A stretch of DNA of 64,000 nt from Neoechinorhynchus agilis (taxonomy: Eukaryota > Animalia > Acanthocephala). The notes below the pieces were generated by a model, which worked only from the letters and a program-made list of their open reading frames with translations, was not told the DNA's origin and made no database searches. Each line of letters opens with the position of its first letter. Positions within the stretch are counted from its first letter, which is position 1. The position numbers and the translations under genes were made by a program. Where the stretch lies: the NCBI GenBank assembly GCA_051530055.1, contig CM121342.1, forward strand, positions 3,010,797 through 3,074,796. Direction: 5' to 3'. This document shows positions 13,590 to 26,919 of the stretch, piece after piece.

Positions 13590-14771
13590 TGTGTCTTCTA
13601 TAGACTTTAAGACACAATTTTATCTACTTAAAACATGTCGAAAACACGTTTAGATTTAATTTGTGGGGACAAAAGCGTTATTCATAAATACAAAGGACGC
13701 TATCACATGAAAACAATTGGCTACGTTGTTATATTTCGACAACGTGTTCCTGTATTCAAATTGAAACTTTCTCAAATTGCATGTTTAATAGTTTTAATAC
13801 TCTCTTTTCTTTAGATTATAAGCGATTAAAAAAGCAATGGCGTGATCACGTAAATCAGCTTATTTTATTAAGTTCGGAACGATCTCCCCACAAAATTATC
13901 ATTTGAATGGATGCTTCAATTTAAAATAAATGTGCTGTTGCTTTTAATAAGGGATACTAAATACGTTTGGACCGATGGAGCGAATAAAATAATCGGAAAG
14001 CCGCTTATTGACCAAACTATACGTCTTTTATGTCCAAAGTTCGAAATCGAGTATAGTGAAAAGCCATTAAATTTTAAACACAAGAAACGGTTGAACCCCA
14101 AAAAATTAAGCAACTAATTTAACATTTCTTGAACAATTCTAAATGCACGACCATATTTCATTCTCTTTTTCAATAACAAATTCTTGCCCTGAACAGAATT
14201 TCTCAGAAACGTTTTCTAATATCTCAATCAATCGATGCTCTTAATACCCAAAGTTAAATAATAAATATTTCTTCAACATTATCTTCAATTAGTTTTACTA
14301 TATTAAACATTCACCATTGGGTCAACTTCATTCGGCGATTACTGAATGTTATCTAAATTATAAAAAAAGTGTCCATCTTGGCGCTTGAGAATATCTTTAC
14401 GAACTCTGTGTTGATCAGGTACATCATTTTGGCCATGACAACATCGTCAATGAAAGGATTGTAGCTCTGCACTAAATCTATTGTGTCGTGTGTCGAATAC
14501 TTTTTTAACTTCTTATCGTTCTATTTCAAGTGGTAACAATACTTTTCAGCTCTTCTATATTGTGAATTAATGAATTGTAGTTGTAATGAATTTGTGGATC
14601 TCCTTCGCTAATTGTTTTCATGTGATAGCGTCCTTTGTATTTATGAATAACGCTTTTGTCCCCACAAATTAAATCTAAACGTGTTTTCGACATGTTTTAA
14701 GTAGATAAAATTGTGTCTTAAAGTCTATAGAAGACACAATGAACACAATGCATCTCGCTTTTCTATTCCTC
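13557..14771. repeat. 162-bp inverted duplication (13557-13718 vs 14610-14771)
   Basis: Reverse complements appear identical by eye. The unit covers the upstream region, the ATG and codons MNTMHLAFLFL. Confidence 0.9.
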
Positions 14772-17656
14772 ACCCAAGGCTTGATGAATGTCAAGTGTGG
14801 AAATTCCACCGGGTTAGCCTCGGATTTGCCAGGAAGATGGATCACAAACAACTATCAAACATTCAAATCAACTTCGAATATGTACGAAAAGTACAATGCC
14901 GTAACTCCCGGATACCACGGGGAGGGCGCCGAATACGACGCCCAAGCTGGTTTTGGACGGACTAATGGGGTGGCGCCCTACAATTTATCCATGTTTGGTC
15001 ATCGCTTAGTCAACAAGCCTCCGTTTGACTACAGGACCGCCACAATAGTCCTTGGCGTAGTTTCTGGACTTCTCGGCATTATCCTGCTATCCATACTTTA
15101 CGTGAAGATTAGAATTGCTATGAGGAATATGCGACACGATTAACGACCGGAACGTGGCTTAAGTTTTGAAATTTGATACTCGTGATCTTTTTTATTGCGA
15201 TTAATAACTCTATATTTTTGTTTCTTTATTGTGCGAAGATTGTGATTGGCCAATGATGCAATTGTCTTCTATAAACCTACAATTTGATTGGGACAGAAAA
15301 TTCATATCTTAATGAGACGATCGTGATACTAAAATGCGCAATTTTTAAAAATATTTACATTCATTTTGATTCTTATGTTCTTAGTTAATTTCAGGTTTTT
15401 GAATATTTTAATAATGTGTTCTTATCTAAATAAGAGGACGACAGTTTTCATCCTTCCTAAAATGAATTTAAATGAGGGCAGATAACGTCATGGCGAAACT
15501 TTCAACCAATTAAACTTGACACGAATGCTTAAAATAGTGGACTTTTCTAAACGTCCTTTACAAGTAGGATACTGTTACTTTTCGTATAGGTTTCAAATTT
15601 CATTTAGTTGAAATCTATTTGAAAGATACAAACGGATGATTTCCATATAACGCATTGAAGTATATTTGAGAATTCGATTTCGGGAAATCCGGTTTTGCTT
15701 TCTGCAAAAAGGATTGTATACTTTTTAATGAAACTTTTGATGAAGTTATTGACCTTAAACCGGACGTAGATTTTCTTCATTAAACAAAATCTCTTGAAGG
15801 AACAGCTGATAATTCGGCGTGGAAAATATCAGCTTTTTTAAATTGCTTAGAAGTGCATTATCCTCTTGAACCGATTAAATGCTTTTGGAAAAGTCGCCTC
15901 TTTCCTTTTTCACATTTCGTTTATCTCCTCCATTAAATTAAACGCTTTTACATGAACGTATTTTTTTAAGTCCGAGCATCAAAGGAGCCATTCAGAATGT
16001 CTGTAATATTTTATAAAATGCTTACATTTTCGCCTACTAAAAACAAACCCGAAAATAAAACAACTGGTTATCTTGTTAATCGTCTAAAATATTGGTATCT
16101 TTTCGAAATAAAATTTGCCCAATTTTATCGGATAACGAATTATTTGTTTCGCAATAACTCACTTATTTTGAAATTCTGTATGAGAAGATATAGAAACGTC
16201 AACATTGAATGCACTTATCTAAGCGAAATAATCTTTAAACTATGTTTTAGTGTTGTTATTCCGTTGTACTAATTTGTACGTTCATATAAGCATTCGTTTT
16301 TTAGCCTTTGTTCCTAGTCTATTTAATGTTTATATTTCAATTTCATGAGACTTGAAGGATTCTGTGTAGCTTATGAAGAATTCAGAACATTTATGAAATT
16401 ATACGCAAAGTTTTGAATGAACATTTGTCGAAATGATATTTAAGCGTTAAAACGTATTAAATAAATCTCATTGCTAAATCTTTATAATTACATAAAAAGA
16501 ATTATGTTAGCTATAGATTTGGTTTTAGCCTTATGCATGGTTAATATTGCATAGAAAATTGCAAGTTCAACTTAATTTCTAAAGTGAGTTTCAATTTAAA
16601 TACAGGAACACGTTGTCGAAATATAACAACGTAGCCAATCGAAGTGTGATTTGAAATGTTCTCTCGATTTCTATTAGTCGTCTTTATAATTTATGAAAGA
16701 TTATTTGAGCAATGTCGTTCTCGATTACAGTTTTAATCTTCCTTAAGAAACGTTGCAAACGTTTGAATCTTACCAGGCACTTTTTGTTGGACGAAGGGTA
16801 TAGAAGAGATCGACAGAATTTTTTGCTATTTCCCATTCATAAATTAATATTGATAAAAATTTCACATCAAGTAAAAGGGAGACAAAAGTTGTTCTCTAAA
16901 CGTACGACTGATTTTGAACTTATTGATGTCTTTTTATATGAGAAAACGGCAACAAGAAGCGATTTTAGATCTCACTTCGTATCAACTAAAAATGTGGATA
17001 AGTCTTTATACACATTTCAATTTTTTACAGTGTTTACAAGTCTTAATTTAAGGTAAAGTCTCGCTTTTAGAAGATGTGAGGGATTTTTTGAAGTTCGGAA
17101 CGATCTCCCCACAAAATTATCATTTGAATGGATGCTTCAATTTAAAATAAATGTGCTGTTGCTTTTAATAAGGGATACTAAATACGTTTGGACCGATGGA
17201 GCGAATAAAATAATCGGAAAGCCGCTTATTGACCAAACTATACGTCTTTTATGTCCAAAGTTCGAAACCGAGTATAGTGAAAAGCCATTAAATTTTAAAC
17301 ACAAGAAACGGTTGAACCCCAAAAAATTAAGCAACTAATTTAACATTTCTTGAACAATTCTAAATGCACGACCATATTTCATTCTCTTTTTCAATAACAA
17401 ATTCTTGTCCTGAACAGGATTTCTCAGAAACGTTTTCCAATATCTCAATCAATCGATGCTCTTAATACCCAAAATGAAATAATAATATTTCTTCAACATT
17501 ATCTTTAATTAGTTTCACTTTATTAAACATTCGCCATTGAGTCAACTTCATTCGGCGATTACTGAATGTTATCTAAATTATAAAAAAAGTGCCCATCTTT
17601 GCGCTTGAAAACATCTTTACGAACTCTGTGTTGTTCAGGTACATCATTTTGGCCAT
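13870..17656. repeat. ~567-bp direct duplication (13870-14436 and 17091-17656)
   Basis: Near-identical 68-aa ORFs at 13911 and 17132; nucleotide match from aagttcggaacgatc to ttttggccat with scattered substitutions. Confidence 0.92.
14739..15143 (+). pseudogene. Chimeric ORF: borrowed signal start + C-terminal fragment of a membrane-anchored trehalase (GH37)
   Basis: RWITNNY..MYEKYNAVTPGYHGEGAEYDAQAGFGRTNGV matches trehalase MYEKY..GGGGEYxxQxGFGWTNGV (W to R here), followed by the TM helix TIVLGVVSGLLGIILLSILYV. Confidence 0.8.
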
Positions 17657-18347
17657 ATCAACGATTGCGTTCGTAAATACTCGATGTAGTGTGTTTCGTG
17701 AATATCGACCGCTGATGATTTCATCCTCGATTTGGATGCGGCATTGCAGCTGTTGCCACCGTCGGAACTTCCACAATAATCGACAATACAACTTTTCACA
17801 TTTATTTGTAAGTGCGCAGCATTCAAATGTGAGTCACGATTTTACTCACATTAGAAAAGATGTTAAGCATTTGAGTGAGATGACTTAAGTAACTTACAAA
17901 ATAGTTCACACTCGTTTCTTACAACGGATACCTGTACTGAAAATTTCGTATAGGCTGAACAAAAATTATGTATAGAGTAAGAAAAATGATAGTATTTTTG
18001 AATTGTACCAAGTGAACCACGTCTAATGTGCTTTGATTTTACTTAAATTTCAACTCCATTAATTCTAAGTTTATTTCATTTAAAAAGTGGAGTTTAAATT
18101 CGTACTAGAGATCGAGAGTTATTAAAATGATTTCTCATTAGGAGCATTATTCTCATGAGCCAAGCAATTCCGTGATCTTTTCCTCATCGACGAGATACCA
18201 GTCTGAACCTGCCATTCTTGATTACGATTTGGAATTCCAAAACTTCGAAAATGATTTTGCGGATGACTATGGGGAAATTGTCTCGGTAGGACGTCTATCT
18301 CGTATTTAAGTCATTTGTATTTCGCTAAAACATAGGAAACAAATCCA

Positions 18348-21040
18348 ATGGGGATGGATGATCCTGAGATGGATAGAATTATTCGAAAATTGGGCCATAG
18401 AGCATATAAAAGATCATCTAGAGAGCAAGATCCAACCGAAGTTATAAAAAGCTTCTGGAACCTTATGACCGCACTTCCCGAGTTGCCGAGTGAAGCCCGG
18501 ACACCAAATGCGTTTCAGTGGGATTTATTAAACACTGCAGTAGGGGATGATACGACAGCAAAAGCGGAACGGATTTGCGTCTACATTCACAAAAATATGA
18601 TTGGACGCGGAAAATTGATCCGCGGGCCTTTCGGACCTCACGAAATGATATACTGTGATTTTGTTGCATCTGGACGTCCTCTTAGGTTTATCGAGGGTGT
18701 GATCCGTTATTTCTTTAGTTCTCCGGACGAAAATGACTTTTATACTCGTAGAGAACTTTTGAAGGTACAATGTCATGCCGGATTACGCCAATACCCACAG
18801 TGAGGCTAGTGCACTTGCTCAGCAAACTAACACATACCGAGAGGAAAGTCGTCAAATAATCAAACAATGCATCAATGCAAACGAAAATGATAGACTAATT
18901 TTTACCGGTTCAGGCAGCACTGCTGCGATTAATAAGATCATCCAAGTTCTAGCAAAATCGCAGACTATTGACATACGACGATGTGTGGTAATCGTAAGTC
19001 CGTTTGAACATCACTCAAATATGCTACCGTGGAGTACAGTCGGAGCCCAGGTTAAGCGACTAAAGCAAAACGAAAACGGTGAAGTTGACTTAAATCGCCT
19101 GAGTAATCTATGTAGACATCAGGTTATGAGTGGATTTATGCCGATTTGCTCTCTGAGTGCTGCTAGCAATGTGACCGGTATACTAACAGATACTGAAACC
19201 GCAGCTAGAATCGTCCACAGTTATGGCGGATTAGCTTTCTTTGATTATGCAACTGCAGCTCCGTATGTCAAAATTGATATGAACGCTCCTGATGGGGCCC
19301 ATAAAGACGCGGTGTTCATTTCGGCTCATAAGTTCGTTGGTGGCCCTGGAAGCCCGGGGATTCTTGTAGCCAAAAAAGCTTTGTTTACAAACAAAACGCC
19401 TACAACTCCTGCTGGAGGTACCGTTGATTTTGTGTCGAGGTCTATGGTCATCTAGGTAGAAGGTGCTGGTGATTAAGGAATATGGGACAAAATACGCGTC
19501 TTTGATTGCTTAATATGCTTTTAAACAGTTAGAGGCCCAGGAGAGATGCTTTTCAATGCTAAGAATTTCATCATGGACAATGATTAAATATTTGCATCTG
19601 GCGTCAAATTTAAAAGAATTTATTAAATCCGATATTTCGGAGCACAATCTTGTACGCGTTCATCAAAGTTATTAAAGGTGCGGATAAAACAATTCAATAA
19701 CCTTGATCAAAAGCGTACAAGATTGTGGGCCGAAATATCAGATCTAATAAATTCTTTTTATTTTTACGTCAGATGGAAACATGAACAATTCAATCGTCAA
19801 ACAAAGATTTAATAACCGAAATTAGATGCTGCTGAGTTTTCTCAATTAAGATAAAGAGAAAAAGGTTTTCTTGGGCATGTTTGATAGGTCATAATTGAAC
19901 GAAATACGCAAAGTATTTTGGTAATAATTTTCGCTTGAATTTAGTTGTTTTTTAAATCACAGTGAATACAAATCGGGTTTAAAAAATTATTAGGCGAACT
20001 TGCTCACTTTTTCTAAACTTACCAGCTATCTCCTATTTACACGGACGACATTGAAATAAAAGAAGAGGGTGGAACCCCGGACATTATTGGATCAATCCGT
20101 GCCGGTTTGGTTTTCCAACTAAAGGCTTCAGTTGGAGAAGACTACATATTACAAAGGGAAAGCTACCTCGTCAATTTGTTCATGCAGAAATTCGGATCTA
20201 ACCAGAATCTGGCACTCCTCGGTGAAAGTGATGCCCATAAGCTACCAATTTTCTCGTTTGTCGTTCGACATCCACAGACGGATCACCTGCTTCATCATAA
20301 CTTCATAGGATTACTCCTCAACGATCTTTTTGGACTTCAGTGTCGACCTGGATGCGCTTGTGCTGGACCATATGCAATGGATCTACTTCACATTGATGAA
20401 AACGTTGCTCGCCGTATGGCGAAGTACGTTACCGACTGCGAGGACTCACCGCCATCACTGGGCGGGAAGCCGTTAGTGATTCTGAAAACGGGATTTGTTA
20501 GAGTGAATCTGCCTTACTTTTACCCGGACGACGAAATCAACTTCATTTTGGAAGCAATAAACTTCGTAGTGGACAACGGATGGTACTTTTTGCCTCAGGT
20601 GAGTAAATTTCATCCTATTCGACTTTTTATGAACTTATGTATTTGACTGCTTTAATTCACCTGATAGATTTCTCTTGAACCACAATATCGTTTAGTACAC
20701 GTACTCAACCGAAACTGGATTTTGGCGACATAGATTCTATAAAAAGGAATACAACAGCATAAAAAGAATTACTTATGATCAAGGAACAATACAATTCAGG
20801 CAATTAGAAGATACTGGACCTCCTCCAGAGGTGAATCCGGTTTCAAATCATAATTCATAAACCACCGTTGTTTAGGACCCATTGCAAGCCGCGCATGGTC
20901 TTTTAAAAGATGCCGCTCAAATTGCTTCAACCATAGACTTCCGAGAGGATCCACCGATAAGATTCGAACAAGTAGACGAAGGCTTGAGATGGTTTATGTT
21001 GCCTGAGGAAGCTGCAATGAACATCCTTGCTTCTCATTGA
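18348..21040 (+). CDS. Class V PLP-dependent aminotransferase / cysteine desulfurase-like
   Basis: GPFG..IYCDFVASGR, YANTH, FTGSGSTAAINK, PFEHHSN, DYATAAPY, SAHKFVGGPGSPG (PLP lysine), EEGGTP, GCACAGPY, LRWFMLPEEA. Five exons; the first junction is ambiguous. Confidence 0.9.
19595..19775. mobile_element. Complete ~181-bp hairpin MITE inside an aminotransferase intron
   Basis: Long imperfect TIRs (catctggcgtcaaatttaaaagaatttattaaatccgatatttcgg ... ccgaaatatcagatctaataaattctttttatttttacgtcagatg); no ORF. Confidence 0.8.
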
Positions 21041-21813
21041 CAAAACTTTGGCGAATGAATTGTTCATCTAATGTTCTGCACTCAAACCTATTCAGTAAAA
21101 AATAAATTGACAAGAAAATTGTTTAATTAGAAATGCTTGTTACTTGAATTACAATGACAAGTTAACAGTAGCCATCCTCTCGAAAAAAATCAATAATTTC
21201 GAAATCCTGCCCATTGGTTCTTTTACTTAAAATATTTACGTAGTAATTACAAGTTTTTTTTAATAATAATTAGTAAAATTAAATATTAAGAAGGAAGCGT
21301 TCTGGGCGCGTTTTGGTAACTACCACTTTTTAAATTCACAAAAACAAATGCTATCAAGATTAATAGTTCATTTTATGTGGGTAGCTTATCAATCTTGAAA
21401 ATAGATAATTAACACCAACAATGCTCATTAACATCCCAGAAACAAAAATGCAACACTGATATTTGAAAGTATATGATTTTTCAAGCAAAAATATTTGTTA
21501 GATTAAATAATTATTGCCCAAAAAAGACTAAAAATACTTGTTGGATTAAATCTTAGTGTGATATTTGTTAAATTCTCGTTCTACGTATCATATACTTTTT
21601 CGAGAAATGTTAGGCCTAATTGTACCAGAAACTTAAATTTAGAATTCGGATCTTGTGGAAAATCGCCTTCAACATTTTTCCTTCTCCGATTTGGATGCCA
21701 CGACCTAACTCGCTTATCTCACAAAATAATTGATTGTGATTTTTTAAGAGAGTCAATCCTCAAACGTCCGCACCTTATTTGGTGGTTTTAAGGTTAGTTC
21801 CACCTTTAAAATA

Positions 21814-23884
21814 TCAAATCATGCACTCAATCGTCATTTTGAGATCGCTAACTCCGAGTACATTGCCGAAACTCGATGTAAGATAGAACTTCCCAGGTTT
21901 GATGCAAACAAGATTCGCAACATCGAACATTTCATTCGCAACTCCAGATTTACGCATTTTGTATTCATTCACAGATGAGTATTGTCCGCCGGTGGCGTAC
22001 CAGAATGCGAGATTTATCGTTTCCTCGTTCTCAATGGAACGAAAAGACAACCAAAACTGTGAGTTATTAAATGTAACGTAACGTCCTAAAGAGTCCAACT
22101 CGATCAAATTGTATCTTTGAGGATCTATAAATTCCTCTATAGACAATCTAAAACATGCTTACCGATACTCACATTGGCTCCATTGGAAGTGAATAATATC
22201 TTTTCCACGATTTAATTTTATATACTTAGGAACAAAAGAAGTTTGAGTAGACGTCTGATCTATATTGACATTTCGTATCCGAAAACCAGATAGTTTTTCT
22301 ACATAATTCAATGGAAATTCGTAAGCAAAATGTTTATCATTTTTACTAAGAGAATTTGTCGGTAAAATGGCTGCCAGGATGGAAAGTGAAAATGATTAAA
22401 TATAGTCGAGCTTCTTTTATTAAGTCACAAATCACAATAATTTGTAGCGAAACGTTACAGAAAAACGAACCTGGTCTTGGCTTAACTATAAACACAATTG
22501 AACGGTCTTCAAAAACCGTACCGACTCGCGAAGTCTTTAAATTCACAGGAACTACAAGTTTCTCATTATCAAGAACAAGAGTGATATTCGGATCATTTAA
22601 TATGGGTGATCGATAGATTCCACTAAAGCATGCGTCAGATATTGATTAGAAATCTTGGCAGTACCTCAAATGATTAAAAGTGGAATTTATGCGCATTGTG
22701 TCATAGTCTGAACTTGATACGTTCAACCTATTTAATAAGTCAATGAATATAAGATAGAAACAAACCTGATGCGTAATTGACACTTCTTCGATTTTGCAAA
22801 TTTAGGTATGGTCCAATCAAGTTTTACTTTTGATCCAAATGACATTTTGTCCCATTCGAGGCACTTTAAACGAGATTGAATTTTTCGAAAGCAGTGGTAG
22901 TCGCTTGTATTTTGGGAATCAATAGTCAAATCCCAATCGTGTTTACACTGAGACTTCGACATCACACCTTTTATCCGAAAAAAACAGTTTAAGTAAATAA
23001 ATTTCACTTAAATGCACAAACCAAAGAATCGTTCTTCATAGTTGTACAGCGCAACCCATTTAGCTCCATTATTAAGACAAGTTAATTCACTATTCCAGCG
23101 ACGAGCCAAAATGTTATTATCTCTGGGTATAGAGTCGGATCTTTTGAGACAAAACGATGGCTTAGAGCAAAAGATCAGACTCAATTAAACATTCAAATTT
23201 TTTTTGGTTTGAATGTGCAACGACGATATTGCAATAATCGTCATGATCAGTGGTTAGATAAATTGCATCAATCCAAGGCGATGATCTCCAATACGGATAA
23301 TAGTCACGCTCTTCAGTACATTCATTACCGAATGTGAAACCCAAAGGATTCTGTCTGGTAAACATAGCTGAGCTGTATCCCAATGGGTTCACGCCTAATT
23401 TCCTATCGGCAGTGTAAAGACCAAGAGTACGACCTCTAATTTTGCAACTCATTCCATATTGATCGGTTTCAGCTTTGAATTCCTCTGCTTTATCTCTACA
23501 TCTGTATTGAACAAGAATTGAAGCATTCGCCAAAGTCCAATGAACGCCGGATTTATTAGGGTCAATCTTCAGTGTGACCACAGAATCCGCGGATTTATGA
23601 TCGCTTGTGTAGAACTTTTGTTAATTTTAGCCAGAGAATATGTGATCTAACGGGAAAATACCTTTAAAGGGATTTTTAAGCGCTCGCTATTTTTTGAACA
23701 CTCATTATTCTATTTTTGCGCCATAGAATATAAATCACGTTACAAGTGGATATTATACCTGAGAGTTGAATAGAGTAGCAGTTTTGTCTTTAGAAGGTAT
23801 AGAATTTAGTCCAATTGGTGATTGAAGATATACATCCGTGATTGCGAATCGCAGAAAAGTCAAAGAAATCACAACCGTTATCAT
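21814..23884 (-). CDS. DD3-3-like secreted protein, divergent, multi-exon
   Basis: Signal peptide then DVYLQSPIGLN..LFNSQ; GNECTEERDYYPYWRSSPWID; GTVFEDRSIVFIVKPRP; IIHFQWS. These resemble Dictyostelium DD3-3 family motifs (ECPEERDYYPYW, TFQDRSHVF). Confidence 0.72.
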
Positions 23885-24423
23885 AATTGTCGATGCATGC
23901 AACACAAATACATGATATCGACTTTACAAATCTGGAATGACAGAAAACCACACATTTTTTGTATTTGTTTGATCAGTATCGATTAGTTAGTTCGACCAAA
24001 AGTGACACTTCATGTCTTAATCTCTCGCAAAATTCATAATTGTTGAGAAATCTATCGCCACCGATAGTTGTATATGTTATTAAGAACGGAAAAAATGAAA
24101 CTTTACTAATTGAGCACTAAAAGAGATTTAAAAGAATAATCTTATAAATAGGAAACATGCAATATTCTTAGCTTTTGATGTGCTAAAAAAATCACCCTTT
24201 GTTCTAAAAGCATGTTGCTCATTTGCTCAATAAATTGTGAACGAAAAGCAGAAAAATGTCTTTGTCAAAAAAATAAGACTAGTAGAATTTTGCACTGGAT
24301 CATAAAAAACTATTTTAATAATCGAGAGTATTCAGATCGAAATTCCGCTATATGAAAAGGATGAAGTAAAATGAACAGCGGCAATATTTGTTTTGCAATG
24401 AGAAAACGTAATGCTTGCTTATC

Positions 24424-24507
24424 GCATAAAAATTAAATGGATTTATTAGATCTGATTGCCGAAGCATCGGATTTAATAAATCTTTTTAATTTTTACGCCA
24501 TAAACAA
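24424..24507. mobile_element. Internally deleted MITE copy (short hairpin)
   Basis: aaaattaaatggatttattagatctgat..atcggatttaataaatctttttaatttttacgccataaacaa. Confidence 0.65.
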
Positions 24508-24795
24508 TCAATCAGTAAAATGTAAAAAATGTTAAAATTTCGGTCAACCTTAAAAGTGGTTCTTTAAAAGTCGATATTAGCGCAAAAGATATATAAAAAC
24601 ATACATTATATAGGTTTCGGCACAGTATTAGGTTTCGTTTTTAACAAATACAAAAAAATATTCAAAACGCACTACATCTAGACTAGCAGAAATTCTTCGA
24701 CAATCGAGCATTTTCGTGACAACCTCAACAGTCGAAAAGTTCAAGGTTCTGCAAAAAAAACGCAATTCGATATGGCAAACGCGAAAAAAAAACTC

Positions 24796-26879
24796 TCAAA
24801 GTTCATCTTTAGAATCCCACTCGTAAATCGACACAAAAACTGACTTGTCCCCATTGATGTCCCTTTGTCTTTTAACAAAGGCGGAAAATGACGAAAAACA
24901 GTTAAGAATTGCTTGTGAGCATTTCGGTGAACTAAGAATGTACAAGTCCATTTGAGGATAATCCCGAGGGTATTTGTAAATTGTCACCTAAACGATTTAT
25001 AGCACTTTAAGAGGAACAAAAACATTTTCTCACCTGAGGTAAGAACTCTCTAAAGCTCTCAGAATCGTAATCGGAATCTGAGGCAATGAAAAGTGACTTT
25101 ATTCCGGTCTTTTTTAGGACTTGTTGTACCTTTATTAAAATTTCTTGATTTGCAAGACCACCAAAAAGCCATACACCTTTTCAATTAAAATCTCAAATGG
25201 TGGTGAACATACGGATTGATTCAATGTCTTATCATTATCGTATCCAAAGCATTGAGCAGATGAGAACAATTGTTTCATGTTAAACTTTTTGAGCATTTCA
25301 CACGCTCTTATCTTCGTGGGAAAACGAAACGGTATTGGTAATTTGAAAATGTTGCTCGATATCGACTATCAGGAAATTTTATATCAGTGTAAAGAAAGGA
25401 ATCCATAAAAAGAATTATTAACTATTGCATCTGAACATTGAGCGGCAACATTGTAGCTGGAGTTAAAAAAAATCGCACCAAAAAACATTTCGTGACAAAA
25501 ACAAAAGATCCACGATTGGTTTAATGTCTCAAATTTGTTCGTTTATGCAAAACTTTATAATACTCGGAATGAAAAATAAAATTTTGAGAATTTGAGCACA
25601 GAATGTGTACTTACAAAATCTGATCCATTGCGCAAATGCAGTCCGATATAAGGCTGATTAATATTTCCAATAAATTCTTCACCTTCTTCACGAATACTTT
25701 TAGACCAATCGAGATATCTTTGAAGGTGGATATTCTGTTGTGCGATTGGGAACGGAGCAGGTGCACCAACAAATGCAATGACCGGATACTTTTCATTTGA
25801 GTATCTTAAGTTAGATTTAAACACTTTTTAGCGCTTGTTTACGTCTTACTTGATTTTCCATTTATCACTTTGATGATAGGACAATGGTTTATAAAATTCA
25901 TCGCGAACAAAATCGACATTGATGGAGTTCCAATAAGATTTAAATGGTTCGCCGTCTTTTGCGGCGCATGTACGACGGTCTCGCGAACGGGAATCGTAGC
26001 AGAACACTAAATGAGAATCGATGATGTTATAAAGCGTAGAAATTCCCACAAAACCCGTTGATTTTCTTAGGAACTTAAGAAATTACGAAACAAACCATCT
26101 ATCGAATATTATATTACAAATATTGATGAAAAAATATCTTGTATCTTTTAGAAAGATTCATTCATTTCTGTGTACCTGTCCGCTCATTGTTTGGCCAAAT
26201 TTGAGGTGCAATATCTTGCATAAACTCAGTTGTTGAAACTGCATCTACATACTGCTTTATCGTCTCAGTTTTGAAGAATGTCTCAAATGGACAATGGTAC
26301 TAAGCATAAAAATGTTTTCATGAATTCTTAGTTTAATCTAACCGTGCCAGGCCAATTTGGCAACACAAGTGTTCGATTGATTCTTCGAGAAAAATCCATT
26401 GTGCCAAGAAATTGCTCTACCTGGTTTCCCATTCGTCCTAATTGGCAAAAAGCGGCACTTATTGTTTTCTTTAAAAAAATTCATACCCATACAAGGACAA
26501 AATAAAAGGTAACCTTTACAAAGCAGTGATCACCAAACATTCGTTTCAATGCAAACGTGATTTTCCTAGTAAATTTTTTCGACAAAAATTTCCCCCAAAA
26601 AAGTTAAATAATGCATAGCTTAGATTTAGAACAAAAGTGCATTTTCAGGGCAATAATTTCAAGAATATTCTATCCCACGAATTGATCGATCCATTTAGAG
26701 CAACTATATGATGTTTGAAATAGTATCAATGAAAACTATATTGATCGCCGTAAATTCCGAGTAAGAAGACGAGTCCAAACACAACCCAAAAAGATGACCA
26801 CTGCTCCACTTCCATCAACCGCATAAACTACAACATTTACGATAGCTAACGCCGGGAACAATGTCGAAAATGCATTCAT
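24796..26879 (-). CDS. POFUT1: GDP-fucose protein O-fucosyltransferase 1
   Basis: YLLFCPCMG-RMGNQ, GAPAPFP, YIGLHLRNGSDF, FIASD, NCFSSFSAFVKRQRD; C-terminal KDEL ER-retention signal; canonical introns. Confidence 0.95.
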
Positions 26880-26919
26880 CTACAATACAAAAAAATTACA
26901 CAAATAATAAAGACATAGC

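Noticed and set aside
13911-17338. Duplicated 68-aa and 65-aa ORFs as genes
   Set aside because: Short, AT-driven, open on both strands and with no recognisable motif; explained by the duplication.
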